From positions 22,320,001 to 22,384,000 of the forward strand of contig OZ024745.1 of the NCBI GenBank assembly GCA_964016885.1: DNA of 64,000 bases, read 5' to 3'. Shown here one piece after another: positions 41,926 to 60,968 of the stretch (position 1 is its first letter; every line of letters begins with the position of its first letter). The translations under genes and the position numbers were made by a program. The notes below the pieces were generated by a model that did no database searches, was not told the DNA's origin, and saw only the letters and a list, made by a program, of their open reading frames with translations. Source of the DNA: Eledone cirrhosa (lineage: Eukaryota).

Positions 41926-42704
41926 TCTATATACACAAATGGCAATTTCTGCCTGTTTGTTTGTGAACCTAAAAATCAAAAACTACCAAACTGATCTAGA
42001 TGAAACTTGACACGTGTGTGGGGCTCATGCCCATTTAATTTCGTACGTATATTTCATTTTAATCAAAGGGTTCCCCGGGGTTCAAACCCCCGCTGAGGAC
42101 ATGCGCTTAATGTTTTCCCTTCGATTTATATGAAATTTAAACCATAGATAAATGACAAGATATGATGCCTATTCACAAAATTTCAGCAAAATTCAATAAT
42201 ATTAAGATACCCTAACATTTTTGCCAATAAATGGAACATTTCACGAACTCCTCCTATGGTTTTGGAGATAGACCCCTATAACCATATATATTCTGAAACT
42301 ACATTGCCCAGGGTACTTGGATAAGTATATTTCATTTTAATCAAAGGGTTCCCCAGGGGCACAAAACCCCGCTGAAAATGTTTTCCCTTCGATATATATG
42401 AAATTTAAACCATAGGTAAATGACAAGATATGATGCCTATTCACAAAATTTCAGCAATGAAACCCCCTAATGGGGGTTCTATTTTGTTCCTTATAGCAAC
42501 ACCCAACTTCTCTGACAAACATTTTTTCACCTGACCAATGCAATCAACAATAGTTGTTTGTATTATTGTTTCGTAAATGAATTTGTCTTCGCTTTTGATT
42601 ATCTGTCCTATATTTTGATTTCATTTTTGGTCTGCGAGGCATTGGGCATTTTAATGGGAACCGGGAATACTCCCACTCCCGGGTATTACCGGGTACGTCA
42701 GCTA

Positions 42705-42705
<1 letters not shown>
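41926..42705 (+). mobile_element. Non-autonomous Helitron
   Basis: Starts A|TCTATATA; ends with hairpin CCCGG(gtatta)CCGGG, 8 nt, then CTAG|T. Internal direct repeat 42047-42190 / 42326-42457. Confidence 0.75.
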
Positions 42706-42779
<74 letters not shown>

Positions 42780-43566
42780 AAAAGAGACTGGACTGCGGCG
42801 GCTGAGCTCCAGCCGTTTCGACAGCTAGATCCGTTTTGGTCACGAATGGCAATGACTTTTTCATTCAGATGGTATCCCCACGAGGCGCAAGCCTGGACAC
42901 GTTGTCTTGTGGAAGACCAGCAGTCATGCCAGTCTCTCCTGCTCACGCTACCAATGTAACCCACGAAAAAGGCACTGGTCAAACCCCCTTGGTACCAGTG
43001 ACGTCGCATCTCATTTCCAACTGAGTGAACTCGACTAAATAAAGTGTCTGGTCATGAAAATCGTTGAAAGATATTTATAATATTTTCTATTTCCAGAACA
43101 ATTCGTATTTTCTGGCATGTTTACATATGTACATACTAAATATGTGTACATTTATATACATATTGGTGCAGTCTCGGTTACCCACTCTGTATGTATACAG
43201 ATATAACTTTATCATACTCTTCGGCTGCTAGGGCATTTCTTTATATATATCTTAATTAAGTACCAAAACTCTAATATATGCAAATTAGTACGTCCATTTC
43301 AGAATAATACGAAACGCGTATGGTTCTATATACCCATGAAACAGATGTTTCCTTGTGGTTAGTTGGATGATATACACACGTTCTGGTGAGGGGCCAACTA
43401 GATCCGAAAATAGATCGAAGGTGTTTATAATTTTTTTGTCCAATTTACAGGGAAATTCGTATTTTTCTGGCAAGCTTACATACCTACACATTAAAAATAT
43501 ACATATTCATATTCACATCGGTGCAGTCTCGGTTACCCACCCTGTATATGTACAGATATAATTATT

Positions 43567-43604
<38 letters not shown>

Positions 43605-44184
43605 AGCCTGTCTCGTTTTATGTGGTTAAATTCGGGAAAATTATGTGAGGGATACGATTCGGCAATATTATCGGTATAATCTGCATCTATACTTAATATT
43701 TAATACATATGTTCGTAGACATACATGTGTATGTGTGTAGACAACGAGTGTGTGTATGTGTACACCAAGCATAGTTACTTATGTGCAGCTCTATGTGTAA
43801 AGATGTTTAATTTCAGTTTCATTACTCGCTATATATATAACCAAAGACTCTTTCCAATCTTCCGGGCTTTTTATGGTCACTGACCGTTGTCCGTTTTTCT
43901 ATAAGTGGCAGACACTTTAATCTTCAAATACCAGATGTTTGCGTTTCATAACCGTTGGTACTTGATGTGCATCCGTGACACTATAACGCATACTTAGTTA
44001 TATCATCTTTCATCTCCTACATGTTACATATCAGATATCTAGGATTTCCGTCAAGGAAATGTTATATGGAAGCATTTCAACAAAAATTATAACAAGTTAT
44101 TTCCTGTAAACGATTAAAACGCGCAGCAAAAAATATATTCATACACACACATATACATATACACTCGCACGCACGCGCACGCAC

Positions 44185-44261
<77 letters not shown>

Positions 44262-44448
44262 AATATATATATATATAGTTCGGATCTAGCTGTCGAAACG
44301 GCCGCAGCTCAGCCGTCGGGGTCCTGAATCTTTTCATATAACCCACTCTACTACCCCAAGTATCGAGTACCCTGGTGGATTATGGTCTAGCTGGTTTTTA
44401 CCACACCGTATCTGATGTATGTATATATAAATATAGGGCGCATTATAA

Positions 44449-44555
<107 letters not shown>

Positions 44556-44702
44556 TATATGTGTATATATATATATATATAGGGCGCATTATAATGTTAA
44601 CTTTGCCTTTCATCCTTACGGGGTCGATAAAATAAAGTACCAGTAATACACTGGGATAATTCCTGGCCTTGTGCCAAAAGTAGAAACAATTATAATGATA
44701 TA

Positions 44703-44736
<34 letters not shown>

Positions 44737-45439
44737 CATATGTATATATATTGGTGGACTGGTCAGGTCGTCAACTCGTCTGTTTGCAAGTGGGCCACTC
44801 GGGTGCCCACGGCTGTACTTTAGGGCCAATGCAAAAACTTTGCTTTCAAAGAAAATATCAGAAGTCCGAGATAAAGAATAAGAAAAACAAAAAAAACAAG
44901 AAAAAGCAAATAAAACGATTATGAAAAGCAGTTGTTCAAACAATTCCCGAATAAACGAAACCGGTATCGAAGGATACAATATAGGTATTTAATTAAATCC
45001 GTACATAAGTTAAATTAGGTAAGACCATAAAGATTTCAATGAATATTTAAAATATCACTTCATAAAAACGTTTGAGAAAGAGAGCAGGCGCGGTGTTTGA
45101 TTGGTTCAACTGTTAATTATATAATTGCCAAATTTAGATGGCACTGACTGTTCAGAGTTCAATTCCCATAAACCTTAATTATTACGAATTTTATTTAGTT
45201 TTATTAGCGGTCAACGTACAAACAAACCTCCTTTTTATAAATAGATTAACATACTAAAGAGAGCAGCAAATACTTCCCCAACTCACTCTCACCATTCTCT
45301 TTTCGGAAAATAAGTCAATAGTGATCTTGTTGGAGGGCAGTTTAGTGGAAAACACACGGAAATCCTTAATTATTATCAAATATATTTAGTTTTATTATCG
45401 GTTAACTTACAAACAAACTTCATTTTTATAAGGATATAG

Positions 45440-45441
45440 AT

Positions 45442-45509
<68 letters not shown>

Positions 45510-45843
45510 ATGTGTGTTGGAGTGTGTTGGTGGGTGTGTGGGTGTGTGCTTGTTTTCGTGTATATATATATATATATGTGTGTGTGTATGAGTGTGTTGG
45601 TGTGTGTGTGTGTGTGTGCTTGTTTGCGTGTATATATATGTATGTGTGTGTGTGCGCGCGTGTGTATGTGTGTGTTTGTTTGCGTGTATATATATATATG
45701 TGTGTGTGTGTATGAGTGTGTTGGTGTGTGTATGTGTGTGTGTGTTTGTGTGCGTGTATATATATATGTGTGTGTGTAGTGTGTGCGTATGACTGTGTGT
45801 GTAAATGTGTGTTGGTGTGTGTATGTGTGTGCTTGTTTGCGTG

Positions 45844-45878
<35 letters not shown>

Positions 45879-45950
45879 ATGTGTGAATGTGTGTGTATGT
45901 GTGTGTGTATGTGTGTGTTGGGGTGTGTGGTATATAAATGTATGTGTGTG
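45440..45950. repeat. (TG)n/(TA)n compound minisatellite
   Basis: Seen directly. Confidence 0.9.
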
Positions 45951-46714
45951 ACATGAAGATATAGTTTGTCACACATAATACTGTTTTACCACAAACAATT
46001 TCTCTATAATTGTTTGATTTGGGATATTCGGCCTGTTTCCTGTTCCAATTCGCAACTTCACGAATCTAAACACGTGCGCCATGACACTCCTGCTATCTTT
46101 CTGGAAACACTTCACCCTTAAGTATAGTTTATGAGTACTATTTCCAGTACAAACCTACTGAATGTACGCAAACACACACACACACAAACGTACACAGTCG
46201 TGCCCATAAATACAGACGCACACGGATAAATGAATCCATATATATATATATATGTATGTACCGATGTATGTCTGCATTCGTATATGTATATATATATATA
46301 TAGGAACGAGTAGGACCGCGACGGCTGAGCTCAAGCCGTTTCCACAGCTAATTCTGGAGTCCAGAATTAGCCGTCGAAACGGCTTGAGCTCAGCCGTCGG
46401 GGTCCTACTCGTTCCTATTACCCACTCTACTACCCTAAGTATTGAGTACTTTGGTGCGGTATGGTCCATCTGGTTCCGTACCACATTTCCTTCGTTATAT
46501 ATATATATATATTATATTATATATATATATATATAATATATGGGAAGAGATATATTTGATATATCTCATATGAAATAATACAGCCAATTTTCCACACAAT
46601 ACAATTAGTTAGCACCCCGAACGTTTAATTAGGAATATACTCACTTATTTCCTAATGTTTGTTGAGTGAGTTGGGATTTGGCCGGAGTATCGCTATTAGC
46701 TTTCTCCGATAATG

Positions 46715-46794
<80 letters not shown>

Positions 46795-47136
46795 GCTTGT
46801 GTGGGTCTCTTCTTGCTTACATCTCACACACATCGACACGGTCTGTACCTCTCTCGCTCATGAAATCCACTCAGCTTATGCTGACCGGACAACCATGTTG
46901 ATTGTTTATTTTCCTATCTTCGGTTTGCTTTTATCCTTCTATGTTGTTTACTTGTCCTCCTCGCTTTACGCGAATTCTGGTCCCAATAACTTTTTTTAGT
47001 TATTGCTCGCACCAACCTGAGGTATCTGATTTTTAATGCGATGAAATACCAATGATGGTTGGAAAATCACTGACGAAGGACTATTTTTATCATATGTAAC
47101 CCATGTGCAAACCACACAGTATTCTTCTTTCTTCTC

Positions 47137-47173
<37 letters not shown>

Positions 47174-47243
47174 GTATATATTTTTCTATTATATCACGCA
47201 CGCATACAGACACTCACAAATACACACACACACGCATACACAC

Positions 47244-47413
<170 letters not shown>

Positions 47414-47479
47414 TAAACATAACACTTCTCTAATACAAAATTCGTAATAACAACATCACCTTAATAAACGACATAGCGT

Positions 47480-48010
47480 TTTAGAAAATTTAAGCTAAGC
47501 ATTTTTTAATTCAACTTGAATATGTTCCAAAAAAGTTGTGGCATCAATATCTGGTCGGCTGCCGGAAAATGTCTCAAAACGGAATCAGATTTACCAAGCA
47601 TTGAATTTATAGTTTTGATGATCAAATTATCTGGAAGTTTTTTGCAATATAATTACAGAAACTCAGTAGACATTCCTGGGTTTCCTTTGTTCAATATTGA
47701 TGTCGATGTGTTTCCATAAACATTCTATCAGATGTAAATTCTGGAATTGTGCTGACGATTGCAGCACTTGGATTTTCCTTGCTTTTAGTGAATTGCATGG
47801 TTAATGCTGCAGTATGCTGGTGAACATGAGGAAAGATTAATGAACAGCTCAAATGATATTTCACATATCGAAACATAATCTTCTATAAGATCTCCAGATA
47901 AACTGTACTGTTCCTCTGTCCTTGATCTAATGAATGTGACTGAACTCTTTTCCACACATGGTGCCAAAATCATAACACTGTCAATGCCTTACTTACTGTT
48001 GGATTCATTT
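47480..48010 (-). pseudogene. Heavily degraded Tc1-family transposase fragment
   Basis: Across shifted frames: PTVS..IDSVMILAPC (cf. PTVKHGGGSVMVWGC) and IQVLQSSAQFQNLHLIECLWKHI..RKPRN (cf. VLEWPAQSPDLNPIENLW..KP.N). Confidence 0.65.
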
Positions 48011-48299
48011 ATATTTTCTTTTATTATACTTTACTTTCACAGCTCCGATACTGTGGAAATGTGGTTAGAATGTCTCAGGAAAGAATGGCTGGATAGATTT
48101 TACGGGCAAAACTAACAGGTATGAGACCCAGGGGTAGACCCCGAGCAACATTGTTGAATAACATCTATGAGATGGGCTGGTCACGCTTGGGGATCCAGCC
48201 GTATCAGTTGGAGATGGTTGCTTCTGACAGGACCCGCTGAGGAGGGGGGGTGAGAACTCTGCACCAACGACCATCTCAAGAATAAATGGGCTAAGAAGA

Positions 48300-48745
48300 A
48301 GAAGTGTCTGATATTCTCTGGTTACGCGTTTCTGCTTACATATACCATCATAATATATATTCTCATCTATCCCCAGGTATCTGCAGCAGTCCTCATCAGA
48401 TATCGGTGCAACAGTTAGGCCATTGATAAAAATGTTGCTAGATTAGGTTGTAGTTTTTTCCCGCTTTACAGTCATATATGAATATTTATCCTGGCCAAAC
48501 TCCATTCCTATATCCTTTGAGTACGTTGTAACCAAGTCAATATTTTTCTTCGTCCCATTTATGTTCTTGGCATAGAGTTTCAGATCATCCACAAAGAAAT
48601 TATGGGTTATGTTCGTATTTCTGTTCTCCCGATGAGCCAATAATGTATCCCTCACATTTCTTCAGTAGAGAGGACAAGGGCTTTAAGGACTGGATAAACA
48701 GTAGCAGAGTGAGACTGTCTCTTTGAAATATACCCCTGTGATATT
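48300..48745 (-). pseudogene. Reverse transcriptase fragment, R4/Dong-like non-LTR element
   Basis: GIFQRDSL.LL.F, ITHNFFVDDLKLYAK, DIGMEFGQDK, RYLGIDEN. Confidence 0.75.
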
Positions 48746-48964
48746 CTATTTTATAAAAGTAAAGCTTTTGCACTGGCTGCTAAAGTACAACCGTGAGTCA
48801 TCCATATATATACATATATATATATATATATCCTCTAGGTGACACGCGCGTCCTCGTGTGTGGTTTGGTTTAGCAGGAATCATGTTGACGCCAGTTGGCG
48901 TTCGGTTTCGGGTGTCTAACAAGTACTTGTGGACCGATTTGAACAATAACGGTCTTATTTACGT

Positions 48965-49019
<55 letters not shown>

Positions 49020-49283
49020 CAAAGTTCTTTCTGTGACGAAAGAACTTTGACAATACATAAACAACTATCTGGTTGTGGAACCAACCAACCAACCAGAAAT
49101 TTAGAAATTCTTAAATTTATGAATTTATTATAATAAATTGAAGTGAAAGCTACTGGTGCGTGTGTTTCTTATTGGCAACATGACCCTCCCAAAGTATAAC
49201 AATATATATATATATATATATATATATTGTTATACTTTGGCAACTGTCTCTATTATTTATCCGTTCACCTTTCACGCACACAA

Positions 49284-49408
<125 letters not shown>

Positions 49409-49671
49409 TATGTGGGTGTGTGTGTGCGTGTGTGTGTGAGTTTGTGTGTGTATAGTGATATGTGTGTGTGCAAGGGTGTCAGTGTGTTTGTGTATACATT
49501 GATTTGTGTTCGTGTGCCATGTTGTTTAGAATATGTTGTATCATGTCACTTCTCTCGATATAATTCAAACTAATGTATTCAGATATATCGAGCACTTTCG
49601 TAAACATAACACGAAAATATATTTTTATCAATACTATCTTTAGCAACATGTAAACGCGCACAAACTCACAC

Positions 49672-50800
<1,129 letters not shown>

Positions 50801-50989
50801 GTGTATATGGCTGCATATCTATGTTTATCATTTAACTGCCTGAAGGATATATATTAAATTCCACGTGACGTTATAGCAATTTGAAATGACGTGTCGATAG
50901 TAATATGCTGAAATGACAATAAATTTTCATGATGAACGAACAGCGAGGAAATGTGATTTGAGGAAATAGAATTACAATTATCGGCTGCC

Positions 50990-51378
50990 TGTGGTGATTG
51001 AGGTGATGGTGCTGGTTGAATCTCTGTTCTTATGGTTATTGTTGTTGTGGTCGTCGTAGATATTGCTGTTGTTGTTGGTGTTGTTGTCGGTGGTGGTGGT
51101 GGTGCTGCTGGTGGTGTTGTTGTCAGTGGTAGTGGTGGTAGTGGTGGTGGTGTTGTTGTCAATGATGGTGGTAGTGGTGGTGGTGGTGGTGGTGGTGGTG
51201 GTAGTTCTGGTGGTGGTAGTGGTGGTGGTGGTAGTGGTCGTGGTGGTGGTGGTCGTGTTGTTGTTGTCAGTGGTGGTGGTGGTGGTGGTGGTAGTGGCGA
51301 TGTTGTTGTCAGTGATGGTGGTTCTGTTTTTGACCGTTGTGGTGTTAGCGGTGGTGGTGGTGGTTTTGATGGTGTTTT

Positions 51379-51421
<43 letters not shown>

Positions 51422-51515
51422 GGTTGTTGTTGTTGTTGTTGTTGTTATTGTTGTGACTGGTGGTGGGAGTGGTGGTGATGATGTCGTTGTCAGTGGTGGT
51501 GGTGGTGGTGGATTA
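50990..51515. repeat. (GGT)n/(GTT)n trinucleotide tract
   Basis: Seen directly; complementary-type (CCA)n tract at 39810-40060. Confidence 0.9.
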
Positions 51516-51669
51516 TGGGATGTTAGCACGTTGCGAGTAGATATATTGATTAACAGAATAATGGAAAACTGTTTAGAAATTTACTGATATACGTGTGAGG
51601 ACTGACTCACTCTCTCTCTCCCTCTCTCTCTCTCTCTCTTTCTCTCTCACACATACGCATGTCGTCGTT

Positions 51670-51811
<142 letters not shown>

Positions 51812-52050
51812 ATGGAATACTGTTGGCTTCTTGCTACAATAATTTCAATCCTTTTCATTTATATAAATATATATATATATATATAACGAAGAAGGTGTGG
51901 TAAGGAACCAGATGGACCATAACGCACCAGAGTACTCAATACTACTGGTTATAGATTGGGTAATAGAACTCAAGCCTTTTCGACGGCTATTTCTGGTCCA
52001 GAAATAGCCGTCGAAACGGCTTGAGCTCTGCATTCGGGGTTAAACTTTTT

Positions 52051-52101
<51 letters not shown>

Positions 52102-52209
52102 AGTAAGAATATTTTTGAAACAGCGAACGAGTTTCAAATTATAAACGTAAGCTATCGCCGTATTTTGACTAAAGAAATTAAAGAAAATTATTTAGCCTGA
52201 TAGTGCGGT

Positions 52210-53306
52210 TAAGAACCCTCGGAGAAATGGAAAAAGATGAGTATTGACGTACATGCGAGAACCATGCAACAGCTGATAAAGGGCACAGATGGGCATGAAA
52301 AGCCCACGATCAGGGAATGGTGGAAATTGTACAACATCAAGCACGGCTTAGACAACATCAAGGCATCTTGGGAAGAAGTGAAGCAGTCTACCATGAACTT
52401 AGCCTGGAAGAAATTATGGCCAGCTTGTGTGAATGACTTCCAAGGCTTTGCTGAGGACATTGATCCGATAAAAAAAGATATTGTAAATCTCTGCCATAGA
52501 GCTGGCTTCAATGGTGTTATTGATGATGTGCAAGACCTTTTGGAAAGCCACGCTGAACCACTTTCCAATGATGAACTCATAGAACTAGACAAGGCGATAC
52601 AGGAGACAGAAAAAGAAGAAGAGGAGGAAGAAGAAGAAACTGTACGTGACTTGGATATAAAAACTCTAAGAGAATGTCTCGGAAGTATCGAAACGCTCCT
52701 GAAGGAGCGTTACCCCAACCCTGCTAGGAGCAGCAAAGTGGCCCAAGATGTCGAGAAAAGCGTCAAGATTTACCAAGAAATGTATGAAGCCAAAAGAAAC
52801 ACCGCCAAACAGTCCCCCATCTACTCTTTCTTCAAGCCAGTCACACCTGCCAGCCGTGCTACAGCTGGCCCTTCAACATCCACTGCAGTCAACGAGTTTG
52901 TTGGTTTTGAGCCTCCCACATCACCCTCATCTTCCCCTGCCAACTCAGCCCAAGATGAGTAAGGGCTGACACCCGTACTGACCCTTAGCCTCGGGAGGGA
53001 CAAACGAAGAGGCACATCATCTGGACTGTGCGGCATGTGTAAAGTACAGTAAATAAAAAAAAACATTATGCCTTTCATCCTTACGGGGTCGTTAAAATAA
53101 AGTACCAGTGATTCACTGGGTTATTGCTGGCCTTGTGCCAAAAGTAGAAAGAATTATTTCTTTTCTGTAGGGATGACTTTTTTGATGTGCTGGAACGCAT
53201 CCCTATCTATTTCATGTTATAATTGGTTCTTTATACGGTAATTCGATATACGGCAAGGGTTTCAGGAACGCATATATACCGTATATCGAGGACTCACTGC
53301 TCACTG
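52210..53306 (+). mobile_element. Tigger/pogo DNA transposon, 3' half, with a SINE fragment inserted
   Basis: ORF 52237-52962 TIREWWKLYNIKHGLDNIKASWEEV..AWKKLWP..ELIEL..KQSPIYSFFKP (Tigger C-terminus); ends ..cgtatatcgaggactcactg..cactg-TA. Confidence 0.85.
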
Positions 53307-53307
53307 T

Positions 53308-55875
<2,568 letters not shown>

Positions 55876-55886
55876 TCATAATTATA

Positions 55887-55917
<31 letters not shown>

Positions 55918-56040
55918 TAAGATAAGCAGAACAAGTAAAATTCAATCAATTTTTCAAAATACATTAAAAAATATAATATAAATATTTACCTCTTCTAGTG
56001 GCCCTTACTGATCAGTTTCGCTTTGTATATATATATATAT

Positions 56041-56126
<86 letters not shown>

Positions 56127-56222
56127 ATATACATATATATATGTTTATATATATAAATATATTTAAAATACATACATATATATAAATATATATACTGTAT
56201 ATATATATATGTGTGTGTGTGT

Positions 56223-56467
56223 GTATGAACGTTTGAAGTTAGAAGGCCAGAACTATGCAGGTTTGGAGATAGAATATAAATGTAAAAGATAGCGCTGACT
56301 GTTAGTCTTCTATCTTAATTTATTCATATATCCTGATATTTTATAATAAAATCTGTTCGTCTGAGGAAAGTAAAGGTGTTAATCCAGTTAATCCAGTGTT
56401 CGAAGTGGGTTGCTATTCTATCTCCAAACCTGCATACTTCTGGCCTACTAACTCCAAACGTTCATAC
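56223..56467. mobile_element. MITE-like element with ~54-bp terminal inverted repeats
   Basis: gtatgaacgtttgaagttagaaggccagaactatgcaggtttggagatagaata is inverted at 56414-56467. Confidence 0.6.
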
Positions 56468-56945
56468 CTCACTATACAATGCTTCAAGTAAACTATCAAT
56501 GCCCTATATATATATAGTAGAATGATCGAGAATCGGAATATCAGCCCACGAAATCACGCTAAACAATAACCGACATGTGTGGCAGAGGGCTCAATAATTT
56601 GGATAACTCAGAGCTATAACTATCGTTAAAATACCAACACAAAGAGATCATGCCTAAAATCACCCGTGCAGCCGAAAAAGAACGACCAGGAAGATTCGGG
56701 TCACTCAAATAAAATATCAATAAATTAATAAATTAAATGAACACACATATACATATAGAAAAAGTGTCAGGACCCCGACGGCTGAGCTCCGGCCGTTTCG
56801 ACAGGTGGATTAGTTCGGATCTAGCTGTCGAAACGTCAGGAGCTCAGCCGTCCGAATTCTGACTCTTTTCCTTTTACCCACTCTACTACCCTAAGTATTG
56901 AGTACTCTGGTGCATAATGTGTGGTATCTTACCACACATCCTTCG

Positions 56946-57017
<72 letters not shown>

Positions 57018-57018
57018 T

Positions 57019-57182
<164 letters not shown>

Positions 57183-57208
57183 TATATGTATGTATATATA
57201 TATATATA

Positions 57209-57258
<50 letters not shown>

Positions 57259-57358
57259 TGTATGTATATATATATACATACTACTGTACGTCTGTATACA
57301 TATATGTATGTACGTGTACATACTTATGTATATATATATATATATAAATATATATATT

Positions 57359-57490
57359 TGCTTTTGAAAACAGCTGGTGATATGCATGTAAGTAAATAGT
57401 CTCTCTATCTGATAGTTTGTAAACTTACATAGATCAATAACTGAGTATAGATACAATGTATTATCGTCATCTTGAAACGATCGTAAAGCA
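57359..57490 (+). ncRNA. Type I hammerhead motif, U3-A8 variant, with long branched stem II
   Basis: UGCUU-UUGAAAA-cagcuggugaua...uaucgucaucuu-GAAA-CGAUCG-UA^AAGCA. A related 3' half lies at about 63052-63075. Confidence 0.7.
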
Positions 57491-58589
57491 GTGAAGTATA
57501 TCTCTAATGACTTGATTTTTTATTTCATTGTTTTAACTTATATCATGACTCTGTTTTCCTGTTAATGTTTTATCGTTTTCTGAGATTTATCTTAACCTAC
57601 AACATTTTCAACATATGGATTACATTGAGTTCTTCATACAGAATAGACCCCACAACTTACAGTGGATACCTCTGTGTATATATATATATATTGGAAAAGT
57701 AAATAACAACAAGAAGGAGTACAGTTACGAAAGGTGCTAAGTATTAGGTTCCCGCTTGAGAGTGGGGTATATATATATATAGACAATGAGTTATTTGGTT
57801 TGTTGATTATTCAAGGTACTGTGATATTTATTCTGGCCCTTTATGTGCTGAATTCAGATCCCACTGATGTAGAGTTCCGCCTTTCATCCCTCCAAGATTG
57901 ATAAAATAATTGTTTCTACTTTTGGCACAAGGCCAGAAAATATCCCAGTGTATTACTGGTACTTTATTAACCTCGGCAGTATTTGAACTCAGACCATAAA
58001 GGGCCGTAACTCTGCAAAGCATGGTGTCCGACCCTCTACCGATGCTGCCAATCCACTTAACATAATGCGTACCAGAGTGAGCTGAAAGATCCATAAACTG
58101 CTTTTGAAGAAGAAATACTAGAGCTGTGAAATTTTGCATGCATTAATTTCAACTTTTCTTATTAATAACTGCACTGTTTCTTTCAGGGGACTATGTCTCA
58201 TTTGGTCAATCTATGAAAGTATCTTGATCTGCCTATGAACTTTTCAAACGTCCTTCGTGGCAGTCAAATACTGGTGTTGATTTAATTGAATTTCCGTTCT
58301 CCTCAAGAATGATGGTCTTGAGCCTTAGAAACTTTCATTATTCCTTAAAAACTTTATATTATTAGATTACAGTTAAGTTCTTAAGAACGTTGGTGACAAT
58401 TACATTAAAAATAGAGCTTTCATTGGGGAATTATACCAACCTAGGATTTAATTATGTATAAATATATGTGTTTATACTTTTGTTCTTTTCTTCATTACAT
58501 ACAACCTTCTCGCAGTCTCTGTCAAAATCATTTACTGTTTGTACGGTTAGTAAATTATGGTACACTTCAACTGCTTCATGAATTATATA

Positions 58590-58643
<54 letters not shown>

Positions 58644-58887
58644 GTTACACTCGGGGAGGGTCATGCTGCCTTAAAGAACACATGCACCTGTTAGTTTTCA
58701 CTTCAATTTACTATAAATTTCCGGTCGGTTGGTTAAATAACCGGATGGTTGTTTATATATTGTCAAATATCTTTCGTCACACATTCTGTGACCTTCTCAA
58801 TGACTTGGTTTTCCTATTGTGTCTCTCCTTTGTTCTGTCCTACACCACCTTCATCTTGTGTAAACACACATGTATGTATACATACAT

Positions 58888-58938
<51 letters not shown>

Positions 58939-58984
58939 TATATGTGTGTGTGCGTGTGTGCGTGTGTGTGTGTATGTGTGTGTG

Positions 58985-59033
<49 letters not shown>

Positions 59034-59140
59034 ATGTATATATATATTCATGTACGTATATATATTTACGTATATATATATGCATATACATACTCGTATA
59101 TTATACTATTTTAATATTTTAAAGCTTTTTAAAGATTTTT

Positions 59141-59230
59141 TATACCGTCTGACGAGCTCAGGCTATCGGAATTGGTACGATGAACACTATCTAGCCCTAG
59201 TCCTTAGTGAAATATGTATCACCGAGATAT
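59141..59230 (+). ncRNA. Degenerate hammerhead motif
   Basis: CUGACGA-GCUCAGG...CCUUAGU-GAAA-UAUGUA-UC; stem I weak. Confidence 0.5.
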
Positions 59231-59282
59231 TAATGAGCTTAAATCAACTGAATTTGGACTCCGATTTTTAATAATGTATATA

Positions 59283-59700
59283 CAGGGTGTCCCCCAAAAA
59301 TGTATACACATGTTCATTATCTGCGCGGGAAATATTTATTAGAATGCATAGCCTTTCCCAAAATTAAAATCATCTGCAGACAAAATTCAATTTTATCTAA
59401 ACAAAAAAGTTTACATAATTTGAATAATTGTTTCTACGATAGGCCAGTAATTATCCCAGTGTATTACTGGTACTTTATTTTATCGACCCCGTAAGGATGA
59501 AAGGCAAAGTTAACCTCGACGGGATTTGAACTCAAAATGGCAAGGGCCGTAACTCTCTGCGTAAAAGCATGGCGTCCGACCCTCTACCGATACTGCCAAT
59601 TCACCGCCCATAATTTGAATAATGCATATAAAACAGAATGTATTTTAATGCATATTTTAGAGATTTTTGGGGGTGTATATTTTTGTGGGTGACATCCTGT
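59283..59700. mobile_element. Tc1/mariner MITE with a nested SINE
   Basis: TA-cagggtgtcccccaaaaatgtataca ... tgtatatttttgtgggtgacatcctg; SINE A on the minus strand at 59425-59610. Confidence 0.7.
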
Positions 59701-59701
59701 T

Positions 59702-59738
<37 letters not shown>

Positions 59739-59782
59739 ATAAATATATATATATATATACATATATATACATATATATATGT

Positions 59783-59895
<113 letters not shown>

Positions 59896-59907
59896 CATAT
59901 ATATATA

Positions 59908-59941
<34 letters not shown>

Positions 59942-59949
59942 CATGTATA

Positions 59950-60021
<72 letters not shown>

Positions 60022-60043
60022 TATACATATATATATATGTGTG

Positions 60044-60075
<32 letters not shown>

Positions 60076-60592
60076 CACACTCACACGAACAAGAAAGATG
60101 CACCATAACATAAAGAAACTAGATATATACAAACTATTCATTTATTTACATATCTTGTATATGTGTATGTGTATATCCATCTTTATATGTATATATGTAT
60201 ATATATGTATATATATATGTGTGTGTGTGTCACTGTGTTGATGTATGTGTATCACTGTGTGGGTGTGTGTGCGTGTCTGTGTCAGTGTGTGTGTGTGTGT
60301 GTGTGTGTGCCAGCTTGTCTCCGTGTGCAATGAATACGTCGCTAATATTAATGTACATACGCATTAGTAAGCACGTGTTCCGTTTGTATGCATCGATATG
60401 TCTCAGACGGGATTATTTGGAAGGATAGGAAGAGATTATCGTTAATCCGTTGAGATTAATTACGGCTAAGAAAGCTTTAGATAAATATTAGGAAGAGGAA
60501 ATCATTCCTAGCAGTATTGCATTTACACCCGAGCCAGGCATTTACGGACAAACATTACGTGTGTGTAGGCATAAATATATATATGCACAGCA

Positions 60593-60675
<83 letters not shown>

Positions 60676-60755
60676 ATTATATATATATTTATTTATATAT
60701 ATATATTTGTGTGTGTGTCTATGTATATATATATAATATATATGCATGTACATAT

Positions 60756-60805
<50 letters not shown>

Positions 60806-60840
60806 GTATCTACATTCCAATGTATATGTGTATAAATGTA

Positions 60841-60968
<128 letters not shown>

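Noticed and set aside
60405-60470. Cluster of TAAT/GGATTA homeodomain-like sites
   Set aside because: Expected by chance in AT-rich DNA; cannot be supported without conservation data.
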